Below, piece after piece: positions 27,601-37,921 of a stretch of 64,000 nucleotides of DNA. The translations under genes and the position numbers were made by a program. The notes under the pieces are model-generated. The model made no database searches and had not been told where the DNA came from. It saw only the letters and a list, made by a program, of their open reading frames with translations. Within the stretch, counting starts at the first letter, position 1. The number at the start of each line of letters is the position of its first letter. The stretch is from Phoronis australis. Lineage: Eukaryota; Animalia; Phoronida. Where the stretch lies: the NCBI GenBank assembly GCA_002633005.1, contig NMRA01000117.1:835483-899482 (forward strand), given 5' to 3'.

Positions 27601-30600
27601 TTTTATTTCATCAAAATTTTCAAGTAAACAAGAACACAAATTTACTTTATTCTTTGAAAACTTTACACGCTAACAGTAAGGCTGTCATCAACAAACATGG
27701 GATGAAATTTTGAAAATTTTTGGCAATACAGTGAGTGTCTTAGCTATTATTTTTGCTTGAATTTGGGGAAACTTTACCGTAATCAGAGAATACTTTATAA
27801 ATAAATGAAGCATGGCATCCTTACAAATTCTGAAATTTCCAATGGATCAATTGAAAATGCAGACATTGACAAAACATGAGCTAGTCATTAGAATCATAAA
27901 GACGAAACCTCCAACGAATTGTCTGTTCTTTCAAAAACAGGGGGGATTTGTTGCGATTATGTGATTAGAGAAGGGACAAGGGAAGTTTATATCACGATGA
28001 GNTAGTTCACTCTTTAATCATATCAATCTGTTATCCTCATATTCTCACTGATGCTGCTTATCATATTATCATATAGCCAAGTTACTCTACAATCATTATT
28101 TTATAACAATGACATTACATAACATTCAGTTCCAGGTCAGTCTTCTTCATCCCAGCTATAATGCCCGACAGTCCGTCATCACCAAACTCCCCACCCAGGT
28201 CACTGCACAAGATGACCCGCTTACTGGTGAAACCCTTCTTCCCTCTGTTCAACAGACAAAGTTTAGAATATCAGGTAACTAAAGCATTTTATCAGTTGCC
28301 TCCAAACTACACACTCTCCAGTACGCAAGCACTGGGCAATGACCATGACTGGATCAGCAAAACTTGGGTTTCACTTTATTTCTAAAATCAGCCTTTTAAA
28401 TGGAATTAAAGCTTTAGACAAAAATGCATTTTGAGAACAGTGGCGTCGGCAGTTGTGTGTAATGGACACAAAAGCAGTTCCATAGATTAATATTCATATG
28501 TATATACTAATAGCAGTTGTGTGTAGTGGACACAAAAGCAGTTCCATAGATTAATATTCATATGTATATACTAATAGCAGTTGTGTGTAGTGGACACAAA
28601 AGCAGTTCCATAGATTAATATTCATATGTATATACTAATAGCAGTTGTGTGTAGTGGACACAAAAGCAGTTCCATAGATTAATATTCATATGTATATACT
28701 AATANTAACATTCAGTTCCAGGTCAGTCTTCTTCATCCCAGCTATAATGCCCGACAGTCCGTCATCACCAAACTCCCCGCCCAGGTCACTGCACAAGATG
28801 ACCCGCTTACTGGTGAAACCCTTCTTTCCCCTGTTCAACGGACAAAGTTTAGAATATCAGGTAATTAAAGCATTTTATCAGTCGCCTCCAAACTACACAC
28901 TCTTCAGTACGCAAGCACTGGGCAATGACCATGACCGCATCAGGGTTTCACTTTATTTCTAAAATCAGCCTTTTAAATGAAATTAAAGCTTTAGACAAAA
29001 ATGCATTTTGAGAGCAGCAGCAGCGGCAGCGGCAGTTGTGTGCAGTGGACACAAAAGCAGTTCCATAGATTAATATTCATATGTATATACTAATATAGAT
29101 TAATATTCATATGTATATACTAATAGCAGAATATTTAGCAACGATTTAGACAATATATGCAATTGACCTAATTTGAGTTATTAGCAGAAACTTTCAAAAA
29201 AGTCTACATTAACTCAATGATGCCAAAGTTGACAATTAATTTTCTCTTTTGCTATTAAAAACAAGTCTAAGTAATGCCTGCCCATTACATACTCAGTTGC
29301 CTTGTGTAGATGGTCCATGGCTACCACTATGGCATCAACAACTGTTGCTCAGGCTAAGGAAATTCAAGCAAAACAAGATGTGTCAAACCTAACACACATT
29401 TCAATGTTAAGACAAAGTGTTGTTGTGGTAATTACAAGGCTAACACCTAATATGTATAAATTTCATGGGTTCCTTAACCTAAAATGGGCAATACATCTGA
29501 AGGTAACTTAAACACTCAGCACAGTCCCTCATAAAATAAGTAGTAAAGTATTTTAAAATTGACGCAGGAGTTAAATCATGGGCGTATTTTAATTTACATG
29601 AACACGATTTTAAATTTTGACTGAAAAGTTTTTAATAAATACTATCTATAATCACCATCAATAAACAATAAATGTACTTAATAAACACCATCTGTAATCA
29701 CTGATCGTTCAGCCCAATGCAGACTTTTGCACAAATACGATAAAAAGTCGCAGAAATTGTGTTTGACAAAGTTCACTAGAATTTACAGTACGTACTATTT
29801 CCAAACATCACGAAATATGCATTACAAATAGTAAAATTTTAAAACAAAGAGACCGCCGCTCTGAAAGGATACAGTCTCCTGACACATTACTGGGCTGGAC
29901 TTCATTCTGTATGTATTCCAGCAGCTCCCAGCAGATGGCGCCCAAGTTCCTGGCAAGTGTGATGTTACTGTAGCTGTCTTCATCATCACCAGCCAGGTCG
30001 TTAGCGGTCCCAGGTGTGCCAAACAAGATCAGCGCCACCTCATCTGATGACTTGGCAAATAACTGCAATGAATTAGTAAAGCATCGCTGACCATCACGTG
30101 TTACTTCACACTGCTCTGGCTGAGAGCTCCTCTAGTCAGTCATGTGCCCACACTACAACGCAATATTTACAACCATACAAACCTGGGGCCCGTTTCATAA
30201 AAGCTTGTGACATTGGTCTCGGCTACGATGGTTGTAACTATGACTTTGCACTTTTCTAAAAAATGCAGTCACATTTCCATAAACGTGCCTACAACAGGGG
30301 CCCAGGTCCTACAACAGGGGCCCGGGTCCTACAACAGGGGCCCGGGTCCAACAACAGGGGCCCGGGTCCTACAACAGGGGCCCGGGTCCTACAACAGGGG
30401 CCCGGGTCCTACAACAGGGGCCCGGGTCCTACAACAGGGGCCCGGGTCTAATCTTTTCACTTTAAATGGAACTTGAAAATACTTTTGCCATTTCCCGTTT
30501 TCCTTGAATATGAACTAATGACAGTTATCTACTATTCTGTGCAGAAGTATACTATGGACTACCCAAGTGAGTGTATAGTCCAAATTTGCACTTGATGACC

Positions 30601-33600
30601 CCTCGATTCCAGCTATAAACTAGAGCAATGACTCAAGACTTCAAATTGAGTTTCTGACTCAAACTTATACCTTTAATGGTGCATAGGCGGATTTAGGGGG
30701 GGGGCCCAGGGGGCCCGGGCCCCCCCCTTGGCTGCCGCAAAAAAAATAAAACAGTAAGAGCGTAGGGAAATGGTGAGTTTATTAATTAACCCCGGTAATT
30801 AAAATTATACGGATGAAAAAGATTTAAATGTGTGCAGTTTTAGTGTTGGGGGGGGGGGGCTCAAATCTAATTTCAAGTGTCAAATTCGGAACACGGCGCG
30901 TTCGTAACGGAACTATGGCTAAGTATAGAATCTCCCGCGATATCCTAGGCGACCGGCAGCGGCGCTGTACACTACGACTCCGTTTCCGTCGTCTGCTCCA
31001 CTGTGCAATGAAGAAAATTTACTTCATTTTTTAAAGAAAATGGAACCTGAGTGACGATGAAAAAACAGAAGCTGCTGGTAAGATGTGAATTTTAATCGAA
31101 GCCTTAGTGAATCACTCAGAAACTCGCAATACTCTCTTTGTCAAACCTTATCTTGAGACGGTTTCCAAAGCAATCCCGTCATTATTGCCAACACGAAAAA
31201 TGGATTTGGTCTTTTGGGTATTTGAAGACTATTTCAAATACGACAAATTTGTTAAGAATTGATGGCACAAAATATAAAACGTGTAATAAGCAGTACAAAA
31301 AGAAGTAGGTTTCGCGCGCAAACGCTGTGGCCCATAAACAAGTAAGTATTTTAGTATGAAACTTGTAGTTAAATCGTGGTGGTGTAGTGGTAACGTACGC
31401 GCGCGCTATGCGCCAGGTCGTGAGTTCGATTCTTTGTTTCGTGTATTTTTTTCCTGTTTGACACGTTCTCCGTGTTTTTTTTTTGCCTTTTTTCTTGGAT
31501 AATACTTCAGGAATCAAGGAAAATGCTTGATTTTTAGAGGTAAAAACAGAAAAATTTCCTGGGCGGGAGGGGGGTTAGCCCCCCATCCGGTGCTATGCGC
31601 ATCTACATTCGTGGTTCAGTTTGCGCAAAAGCTTCCAACTGGACAAAATGTTGGGCCCCCCCCTTGTGATATCCTAGATCCGCCACTGTGGTGGGGTCAC
31701 AAAGTGCAAAATAGGATTACACTTGTCCACTAAAACCATAATACACTCAAGTACAGAAAAATAGACACTTGAGTTCTAAGAGTAGAATGAAAATTCTTTT
31801 AAGAAAATCATTTCGAATTTGACTACACCCGGACCCCTGCACCTTAGACAAAACGGACCTCTGAACTATATGATTATTGAATCGACTATTGCTTTTCTAT
31901 CTGATAAGAGTTTTGCCTTGTTTGCTGGGTTGCTTTCTTTAACATACGTAGAGTATCTACAAAATAAATCAAATAAATTCTGAATCCTTAACTTTCACTG
32001 AATGCTTTGAACTTTTAAATCATGAGCATAGAGGTCTTAACGATGTATTTACATGCTCCTAACTATAATAATGTATATCAGGAACTATACGGCAATGCCA
32101 TTTGAAAATCATCTACACTAAACAAAGTGCAGTTGTATTCATTGGCAACTTGTAAATGGGAAAACAAAAAATTCTACGAACAGGTGACCTTTGCACTAAT
32201 GACATACCTTGGGAGCTTATTCCCCAACACCATGTCACGATACTTACTGGACACGGTTGAGTCATTTACAGAAGATCATTTTCGCCACAAAACTCGTTCT
32301 TAAAAACATTTGGCAATTTTCAACCTACTTAAATATTCACATCATGGCTACATCTTGTGTTTCTAACTAATTATTGAAGCAGTCACAAAGATAAGGAATT
32401 AGAGTGCAAGTTACACTTTAGGGTTCCAAGGCATAAAATTCAGACTCGATGTAAACAGGTCGTCATGCACAAAGTGGAAAATCCATGACCCCAGTATTTT
32501 TTGTTGCTCACTTACTCAAAAAGAAAATCCACCTGAGATGAGCAAAAATGGCGTGGAATTTGTCTCTTACTCATTGCTTGGCAAATCAAGGCATTTCAAA
32601 CCTTGCTTACGTGCCTTCAAAAAAACATTAGAGGTCAACTAAAACTGATGCAGGCTGGTATATTTAGTTGGTGAGCACTGGTCAAAAAATGAGTCGGGGT
32701 ACAGACCAGAACCAACTATACTTTTTTGGCACAATGTATAAGTGATTTCCACTGGTAAGCAATACTTAAAATTTGTTTTTAGTGGGGAGCAAATGTATCA
32801 GAGCATTCAGCACTTACCTTCCTCTGCAAAATCATGGTGACTGCAGTGATAGCTGTCTGAAGTGAGGTGGCACACCCTGGCGCAGCCTGACTCATGGAGG
32901 GGCCCACATCCAGCACTATAGCGATGGCCTCCTGAAGGAACAAACATTGTATTTTAATATCAAATACCAGGCCAACAGTGACCAGTTACTGAAAGTTAAA
33001 TGCACACTCACCAACACCTCAAGATTTTTCAAATCTGTAAATGTCAACTTGAGATGAAAATAGTAATAATAATAATAGTTATTGTAATAATGCTAATACT
33101 AATAGTAATAGTAAAAATAAATTTATTAGAATCGCACAAGTACAGAAAAACATAAAAACACAAGACAAAAAATAAAAGTACAAGACAGTGTATGACACGG
33201 ATAACATAAAGTCAAAGACTTATTTCCATTATGGTCCGTAACCAGTTTGTCACAGTCTCAAGAATTTTGGACACTGAAATTTAAGCCGAAATTGAATTAT
33301 CTTGATTCTGAAGATTGGGACATGGGCAGTTTTGGCACACATCATATTGCACGCACACTGCATTTTATAAAAACAATGGAGACTTACACTAGACTTGACA
33401 ATTCTTAAAATCAACAAAAATAGCACCAACATAACGCTTTCAGAGATCTCCATGGTGTTTTACATAGGGGCGCATTATCCGTTTGTTGTTTATCGACATT
33501 TTAGAATTTGGGATGGCCAATATGGCCCATTTCAAAAAATTGGCACATGCTCTAAACTTGAGCAAAACAATTCATTTCTATTGTGGCCTGACTGGACAAT

Positions 33601-35419
33601 TTTTGTCGTATGTTCAGATCTTTTTGGACACAAGTGGTCAACAAATACCACAATGCATTGCTTCTACTGGTGTTGTTGCTGCTTTAGCTGAAGCTAATGA
33701 TAACATATAAAAATTATTTCAAAAAGATCAGAGTGCCTGGTGCGACACAGCCAGGATAGTCTCCCAAACAGAACTAGACATTTCAAGGTACCATTAAAGG
33801 CATTCTCACAAACAGCTTTCTTTTCTATGAACACATCTCTTTTCTCACAAGTTGCATTTTTGTCATCTCACATCACAATTATTTTCTTACACATTATTGG
33901 TTAGCAAAGTACACAGAAGGAAACCTGGCACAACCTCATAGCCATAGGGCAGAGTTGGTGTACCAATTGCGGGGTAAGCAGGTTGATACCATGTGAATCA
34001 CTAAAAGAACTTTGCTGGAATTTATGCCTGACCTAGTTAAGTGACCTAGATAAATCATGAAGGTTTAGAAAGAAATTTTTAATCTATATTATATTTCCTC
34101 ACGCTTTTCCTGTTATTTTTTGCGGCCGCCTATAGGGGGTGTGATGGCCAACTGCCCCCCCCCCCTTAAATCTGCCAATGTGTATGACGTCATATCCCCT
34201 GGCCTGTGCAGAGGAAGTATTTGTCGGTGTCTCCGAAGTGTCCCTCTCTGCGCAAAAGATACTTAAAGTTATAGCAACATGACTTAGATGGTTTCATAAC
34301 AAGTGTGAGGCAAGTAAAGTAGCCAGTAAAAGGCAGTAGGGATCGTAGGCAGTGACCATCGCCTCTGTTGGCCCGAAGCAGAGGCGATGTAGAGGCTATA
34401 GGCGCTCTGTACGCCGGAAGCTTTTCGGCGAATTTTGCCGCGCACCGACTAAACCATCAAAGTCACGTTGTTATAAATACCTTTTGCGCATAGAGGAACA
34501 CCTTAGGAGGTTGTCGATGTGTTTAATTCCTTCCAACTCGAACAAATACTCCCGTTATGAAACTTTTTCTTCGAGCAGTCCCTATTTCAGTTCCCAAAAT
34601 CGTGAACTCACCATTTTTATACTGCGCACGCTCCAATTCATGACCTCAATCTTTAAATAGGCCAAAGGTGAGCCATTGCGGTCTTGTCAGTCAAATGTTC
34701 GTTTCCAAAATGTCACCACTTATACTTGTCTTTAATTGGCGTTACTTGAAACTGATAGTATTTCAATGAATCATTGTTTGTATTTGATAAAAATAAATGC
34801 TGTTGATATGACATTTAATAGTCTTTGTGCACATATTTGACATTTTAATGTTTAACAACACGGCAAATGCACCGTCGGCTGGTTCCCGGCAGCACGTACG
34901 CGAAGGGCGGGAACTTCAGCTTTCAAAGTTCGCCGGTAGGTCCGCAACTTCTGACCTTCGGCCTGTTAAAAAAATGAAAAAGTTGATTTCACGATTTTGG
35001 GAACTGAAATAGGGACTGCTCGAAGAAAAAGTTTCATAACGGGAGTATTTGTTCGAGTTGGAAGGAATTAAACACATCGACAACCTCCTAAGGTGTTCCT
35101 CTATGCGCAAAAGGTATTTATAACAACGTGACTTTGATGGTTTAGTCGGTGCGAGGCATAATTCGCCGAAAAGCTTCCGGCGTACAGAGAGCCTATAGCC
35201 TCTACATCGCCTCTGCTTCGGGCCAACAGAGGCGATGGTCATTGCCTATTACTGTCCTATAGGGATCGAAAACTCACTCTAGCTCGTTATCGCATAGAAC
35301 ATTCCAGGGCCATGGCCAATACGCCTCCGGCGATTGCCTATGTAAAGCTCAGAAGTTACAAAAGATATTAAAGTTAACATCAATATCTATCTCACCTTTG
35401 TTTTTTCGTTCAAGGCCAT
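6654..35419 (-). CDS. XRCC5: Ku80 (X-ray repair cross-complementing 5), complete 19-exon gene, 2193 nt CDS, 730 aa
   Basis: Exons join in frame with GT-AG ends; vWA start (EAIAIVLDVGPSM, DEVALILFGT), core (GLRYGNTLVPFS, ALSAIIHALYETNMVAVVR, LPFREDVRQF, NPWLQRLYQCL), NLS (EPPAKRMK), C-terminal domain (VGTVTPVEDF...ADDLLMQM*). Confidence 0.96.
7451..7701. mobile_element. MITE copy 2
   Basis: caaggcttggac...cattcaaagccctg. Confidence 0.7.
8127..8380. mobile_element. MITE copy 3
   Basis: cagggattggag...cattccaagccctg. Confidence 0.7.
9047..9263. repeat. 31-bp minisatellite x7
   Basis: cattatactcccaacacaa(cc/tt)gagcta(g/t)atc. Confidence 0.92.
9298..9434 (-). CDS. XRCC5: Ku80 exon 18
   Basis: EKLTLISKMESEDSSVTKEEADAFL...EEEADADDL. 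Confidence 0.92.
11102..11198 (-). CDS. XRCC5: Ku80 exon 17
   Basis: NMESALFNHSLRTLKESLSTNSRNDFWQMIVS. Confidence 0.88.
11374..12091. repeat. ~38-bp minisatellite spanning the N gap (11660-11983)
   Basis: aatggtttaattatgtagcagagggggg(g)cagactctg on both sides of the gap. Confidence 0.92.
12523..12708 (-). CDS. XRCC5: Ku80 exon 16
   Basis: VGTVTPVEDFQTIISQK...YHKAMQCIRVMRAECSK. Confidence 0.92.
13415..13841. repeat. 43-bp minisatellite x10
   Basis: ttggataactaaacacaccgacttgtcaataaggatctctatc. Confidence 0.93.
14127..14217 (-). CDS. XRCC5: Ku80 exon 15 (NLS)
   Basis: EDTEPPAKRMKMEVDLGTDLSSLTRGTVTE. Confidence 0.9.
14811..17054 (-). mobile_element. Internally deleted Ty3/Gypsy LTR retrotransposon in Ku80 intron 14 (5' LTR 16218-17054, PBS ~16198-16215, gag, partial 3' LTR 14811-15145; no pol)
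   Basis: LTR TGTGATA...CGTGACA with TATAAATA and AATAAA; TGGTGAGCAC PBS 2 nt after LTR; 14811-15145 repeats 16298-16602. Confidence 0.88.
15145..16161 (-). CDS. Gypsy gag-like ORF (coiled coil, SCAN-like capsid region, degenerate zinc knuckle), 338 aa
   Basis: KLPKFDE..D.FLERFER, LLTGKG, YELTEEGFRRQFR, REQY..C...L..FLRER; knuckle CFFCHKIGYLARDC has Y in place of H. Confidence 0.8.
   Translation of the reverse strand: MELASHYGELMALGQEMGLQGDDLRQFVEKQQAEARAEAEAAAEAEERRQAREAGERRHTREAEAEERRQAREAEQQMERERMEHERPLAALKAEQVAAEGSYVRSIGGVKPKLPKFDEKQGDMDNFLERFERYAESQGWTQSEWAISLSPLLTGKGLQVYTSLPMADALDYATPKRALLKCYELTEEGFRRQFREARAERGETAYQFVARIQRYLDRWIDMSDRGKDFAELRDLLVREQYVNTCTKDLALFLRERTPKTVPEMVGLAERYIEAHGVDITSTQWKMSQERPVKTDNQRVDQKKTDHAEELRCFFCHKIGYLARDCRKRTQGMQHQKSD
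17063..17256 (-). CDS. XRCC5: Ku80 exon 14
   Basis: CLQCRALNPDDLLPDVSDVIQNSLKPPQEV...KLKDLFQLEFVK. Confidence 0.92.
17300..17554. mobile_element. MITE with GGGCCC-type TIRs (second copy at 25142-25384)
   Basis: ggggtctgttccaagaaactgactt...aagtcagttttgttggaatgggccc; homologous body at 25142. Confidence 0.7.
17689..17758 (-). CDS. XRCC5: Ku80 exon 13
   Basis: DGKNKEYLKPTEVFNPWLQRLYQ. Confidence 0.92.
18644..18813 (-). CDS. XRCC5: Ku80 exon 12
   Basis: CLQYTELPFREDVRQFVF...QLSAMDDLISQMDLTYED. Confidence 0.93.
19745..19882 (-). CDS. XRCC5: Ku80 exon 11
   Basis: HSQQALSAIIHALYETNMVAVVRRVYSAATTPRLGFLSPHIKDSYE. Confidence 0.93.
20859..20921 (-). CDS. XRCC5: Ku80 exon 10
   Basis: VRRQQYLGDSVLRFVGEKDDE, 63 nt. 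Confidence 0.9.
22976..23085 (-). CDS. XRCC5: Ku80 exon 9
   Basis: GLRYGNTLVPFSADDEVNMKFKAVKCLKVLGFTKNEN. Confidence 0.93.
25142..25384. mobile_element. MITE, same family as 17300-17554
   Basis: gggacccgttccaagaaa...tttcttggaacggggccc. Confidence 0.7.
25573..25705 (-). CDS. XRCC5: Ku80 exon 8
   Basis: VKEQKAASFKNVCARS...HLNDENETEIEATDIAK. Confidence 0.9.
26808..26922 (-). CDS. XRCC5: Ku80 exon 7
   Basis: EAIPMLSYFQSRSVKPTAWKVTLDISCNLQIPVCGYTK. Confidence 0.92.
27325..27495 (-). CDS. XRCC5: Ku80 exon 6
   Basis: GPHLDELDDDDGDDQPGPS...TPQQNAGEQLLRHM...CYSF. Confidence 0.88.
28119..28244 (-). CDS. XRCC5: Ku80 exon 5 (second, donor-less copy at 28706-28830 is probably the other allele)
   Basis: GKKGFTSKRVILCSDLGGEFGDDGLSGIIAGMKKTDLELNV. 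Confidence 0.88.
28448..28704. repeat. 64-bp minisatellite x4
   Basis: gcagttgtgtgtagtggacacaaaagcagttccatagattaatattcatatgtatatactaata. Confidence 0.9.
29293..29341 (-). CDS. XRCC5: Ku80 exon 4
   Basis: (F)VDAIVVAMDHLHKAT(E), 49 nt. Confidence 0.9.
29342..29872 (-). other. U12-type GT-AG intron 3 of Ku80
   Basis: Donor GTATCCTTT; branch-like TTTCCTTAGC about 10 nt before CAG acceptor, no polypyrimidine tract. Confidence 0.85.
29873..30062 (-). CDS. XRCC5: Ku80 exon 3
   Basis: LFAKSSDEVALILFGTPGTANDL...VSGD; ends at U12 donor GTATCCTTT. Confidence 0.92.
30287..30449. repeat. 20-bp tandem repeat x8
   Basis: cctacaacaggggcccgggt. Confidence 0.92.
30682..31688. mobile_element. Non-autonomous DNA transposon with 5-bp TSD
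   Basis: TGGTG TSD at 30677-30681 and 31689-31693; imperfect TIR CATAGGCGGATTTAGG / CCTAGATCCGCCACTG; G/C-run subterminal motifs. Confidence 0.75.
32818..32931 (-). CDS. XRCC5: Ku80 exon 2
   Basis: EAIAIVLDVGPSMSQAAPG...MILQRK, ag/gt flanks. Confidence 0.92.
34346..35259. mobile_element. Non-autonomous foldback DNA transposon, ~270-bp TIRs, 9-bp TSD (AcademH- or Mutator-like)
   Basis: 34346-~34615 is a near-perfect reverse complement of ~34980-35248; TAGGGATCG at 34337-34345 and 35260-35268; TAG...CTA termini. Confidence 0.85.
35396..35419 (-). CDS. XRCC5: Ku80 exon 1 (MALNEKTK)
   Basis: ATG at 35419, AAG|gtgag donor; short first exon as in vertebrate XRCC5. Confidence 0.75.
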
Positions 35420-37921
35420 GTCTTTCCATCCAAGTTTCTATTCACATGTCCAGACAAATTTAAGACCAGGAAGTATTTTGCGACATCTGGCGGGCAATTT
35501 ATAAACAACTCGAGCCGATAACAAGATACCAAGAACTGATCTCTGTGACCTCCTGAAATGTTGGTTGGTGGCCCATTGCGTCAGTTCCTGTGGCACAATC
35601 CAGGAATCAGTATACATAAAAATTACCACATTTTAGAAAGAATGGTTTCAGAAGGAAATCTTATGTTTGTGATTACACTGATGGTCGCAAGCGGTTATAT
35701 AGAGAGAAGAAACGTGGAATTCGAAGTGCCCGGCATAGTTGAGTCTTGGAACTTTTTCTAGGAATCAACCTGAGTATTATATTCACTCTAGGTTTCCCCT
35801 GAAAATGAAGGCACGGGAGATCTAAACTTGGCCAATTGATGACTCAATCTCAAATTCAGCGCATTTCAACTTAAACCCGATTATTAACTTGGCTACAAGC
35901 TGGCTGAGAAATTCTGTTGCCACACGGCATCTTTCCCAACATTCACTTGAAATTGAAAGGTAACCTATGATGGAACCGAGGCAGAAGCGGCTAAATTTTA
36001 GAATGGATGACCTGCAGCCACATGATTTTCCCGGACGTTTTTTTTTTCACTCGTAAACACTCTGAATGCTCTTTGCAGAAAGGGAAATACTTTTATGGTT
36101 ATGGCATGACGCGAAAACCACGAAAACGTAAAACCTCTTGGGATATTGCCATACGTTAAAAACAGAGCGCGTGGTCATACTAGCTTTACTTGCGAAATTC
36201 TTACGTCTACGGGGTGCAACCCAGTTTTGTATAGCAGTAAATGGACACAAGTTTATTTTTCTGTTTTTTTGTTATTTCACGCAAAGAGTACAATGGCCAA
36301 GAGCCAAAATTGGATGACTTCATCTTTTGATAAAAGCATTAAATTTGGTATACAGGTACTAAGCATATGCAAAATAAAAAGAAACTAGGTACCCAATTCC
36401 GTCTCTACGTCTGCAAAGGCTATGGATTCAAAGATGGCCACCGACACTTTTCTCAGGAATTTACTTATCTGGGCTTGACTAAAACTTGCACATCTTTTTC
36501 AATTTTACAAAAAAGTGATTGCCCATAATCAAGACTCGGTTTATTTAGAAAAAAATGGTGACAGTATATTGGCATTTGCAACATTAAAACGAAATAAAAG
36601 TCATAGAAATAAAAATTTGAAGAGGTTCTGGCTAGATGGGATGGCAGACAATTGTTTGGTGTTCCACGTGCACTTTACTTCTACTATTTCGAAGGATCAA
36701 TTAATTATCAACGTAAATGATTATTGAGAGTTAGGGAGATTTTTTATGACTGTCATAAAACAGAAAACAATGTTGCACCACAATACACTCCAATGTTGAA
36801 CGTGGTTACAAATCTCGTGACAATTTTTTGTGCAATTGGCAAAGAAAAGCTTCGATGGTCTGTGTACATAGTTGCATTTGAAAATTGCGACAATTTGTGG
36901 TTTATACGGTAATTTTGTTGCACAATTAAGGCAAATGTAGACGATGCATTCCTAGAATATAGTAACTATTCAGTTAACTAAATATATCGGAAATGATTAA
37001 TTAGAGGATTTGTAAAATAATGAATGTCGTCAGTTCTGAAGTACAAAGACTGAACAGTTTTGAGTCTTTCACATCACAAGCCCTACAAATGAGCACAGAA
37101 ACTTTATTCTCTCTTGTATATTTGACTATTTCACTTCTTGTGGAAAGCAAGGTAGGCTAATTAAAAAGGGGTGAAAACACAAAATCGGTACTTTTCATCC
37201 CAAAACCACCACTTCTCAGCTGATGCCGCTACATAAGCCAATATTAGATTCTTAAAACAAATTTCATTCAGATTCCAAAAAAATGTGTCCCTAAAGTACT
37301 GTCAACCAACTATTTTTTGCAATTCTGGCTTCTTTGACGGCTACCTGAAATCGCAGCCGATTTTTCACTCGCTACCCAGAGATGCAACAGATGCCGCCAC
37401 AGCAGCTACAGCCGAGCAAGCGGTCTTCTCTAATTCTTAGCATATTCATAAATACAAAGAAACCACATTCACTCAACCTACATGCAATACCTACCTAAAA
37501 ACTGTCCCAAGCCTGGCCTGTTCCTAGATTTTAATATTTTGGCACTGCAAATTGGCTGCGGCCGCACCCTAACTGTTCAGTGCCATCTCATTCACTTTTC
37601 GTGAGACACACCCCTGATACGATTCTGTTTCCGTAACCAACTTAAGTCAGAGGTAATGCGCACACCCGCCATTTTTGAATATCGCAATTTTAGGATTTGA
37701 CAACCCAATAAACTTTGAAGCGTCTTATTAAATGCGATGCTGGTGTTTTTATGTTCTTGTTGGTGACAGAAAGGGAATCCCATCATTATGAGAAATATTG
37801 TGTGAGTGACTTTATGTGAGTAATAGGTCCAACTTTATTGAGGGCGAAATAAAATTTCACCGGGAATTTATCAATTCCACTCATTCCATTTTCAACGCGG
37901 TTTGGCAGCAAGGCCAGTAAT

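Noticed and set aside
28120-29100. Tandem duplication of Ku80 exon 5 suggesting mutually exclusive exons
   Set aside because: Second copy begins exactly at a single N (28705), lacks its donor and differs only by a few synonymous/intronic changes and minisatellite length; best explained as two alleles joined at a contig boundary
34352-35242. Two near-identical ~105-aa ORFs on opposite strands
   Set aside because: By-product of the long TIRs; no recognisable domain
36211-37570. Possible large non-autonomous transposon between Ku80 and the DSL gene
   Set aside because: Terminal similarity (ggggtgcaacccag / tgcggccgcaccct) is too weak and no TSD was found, so boundaries cannot be supported
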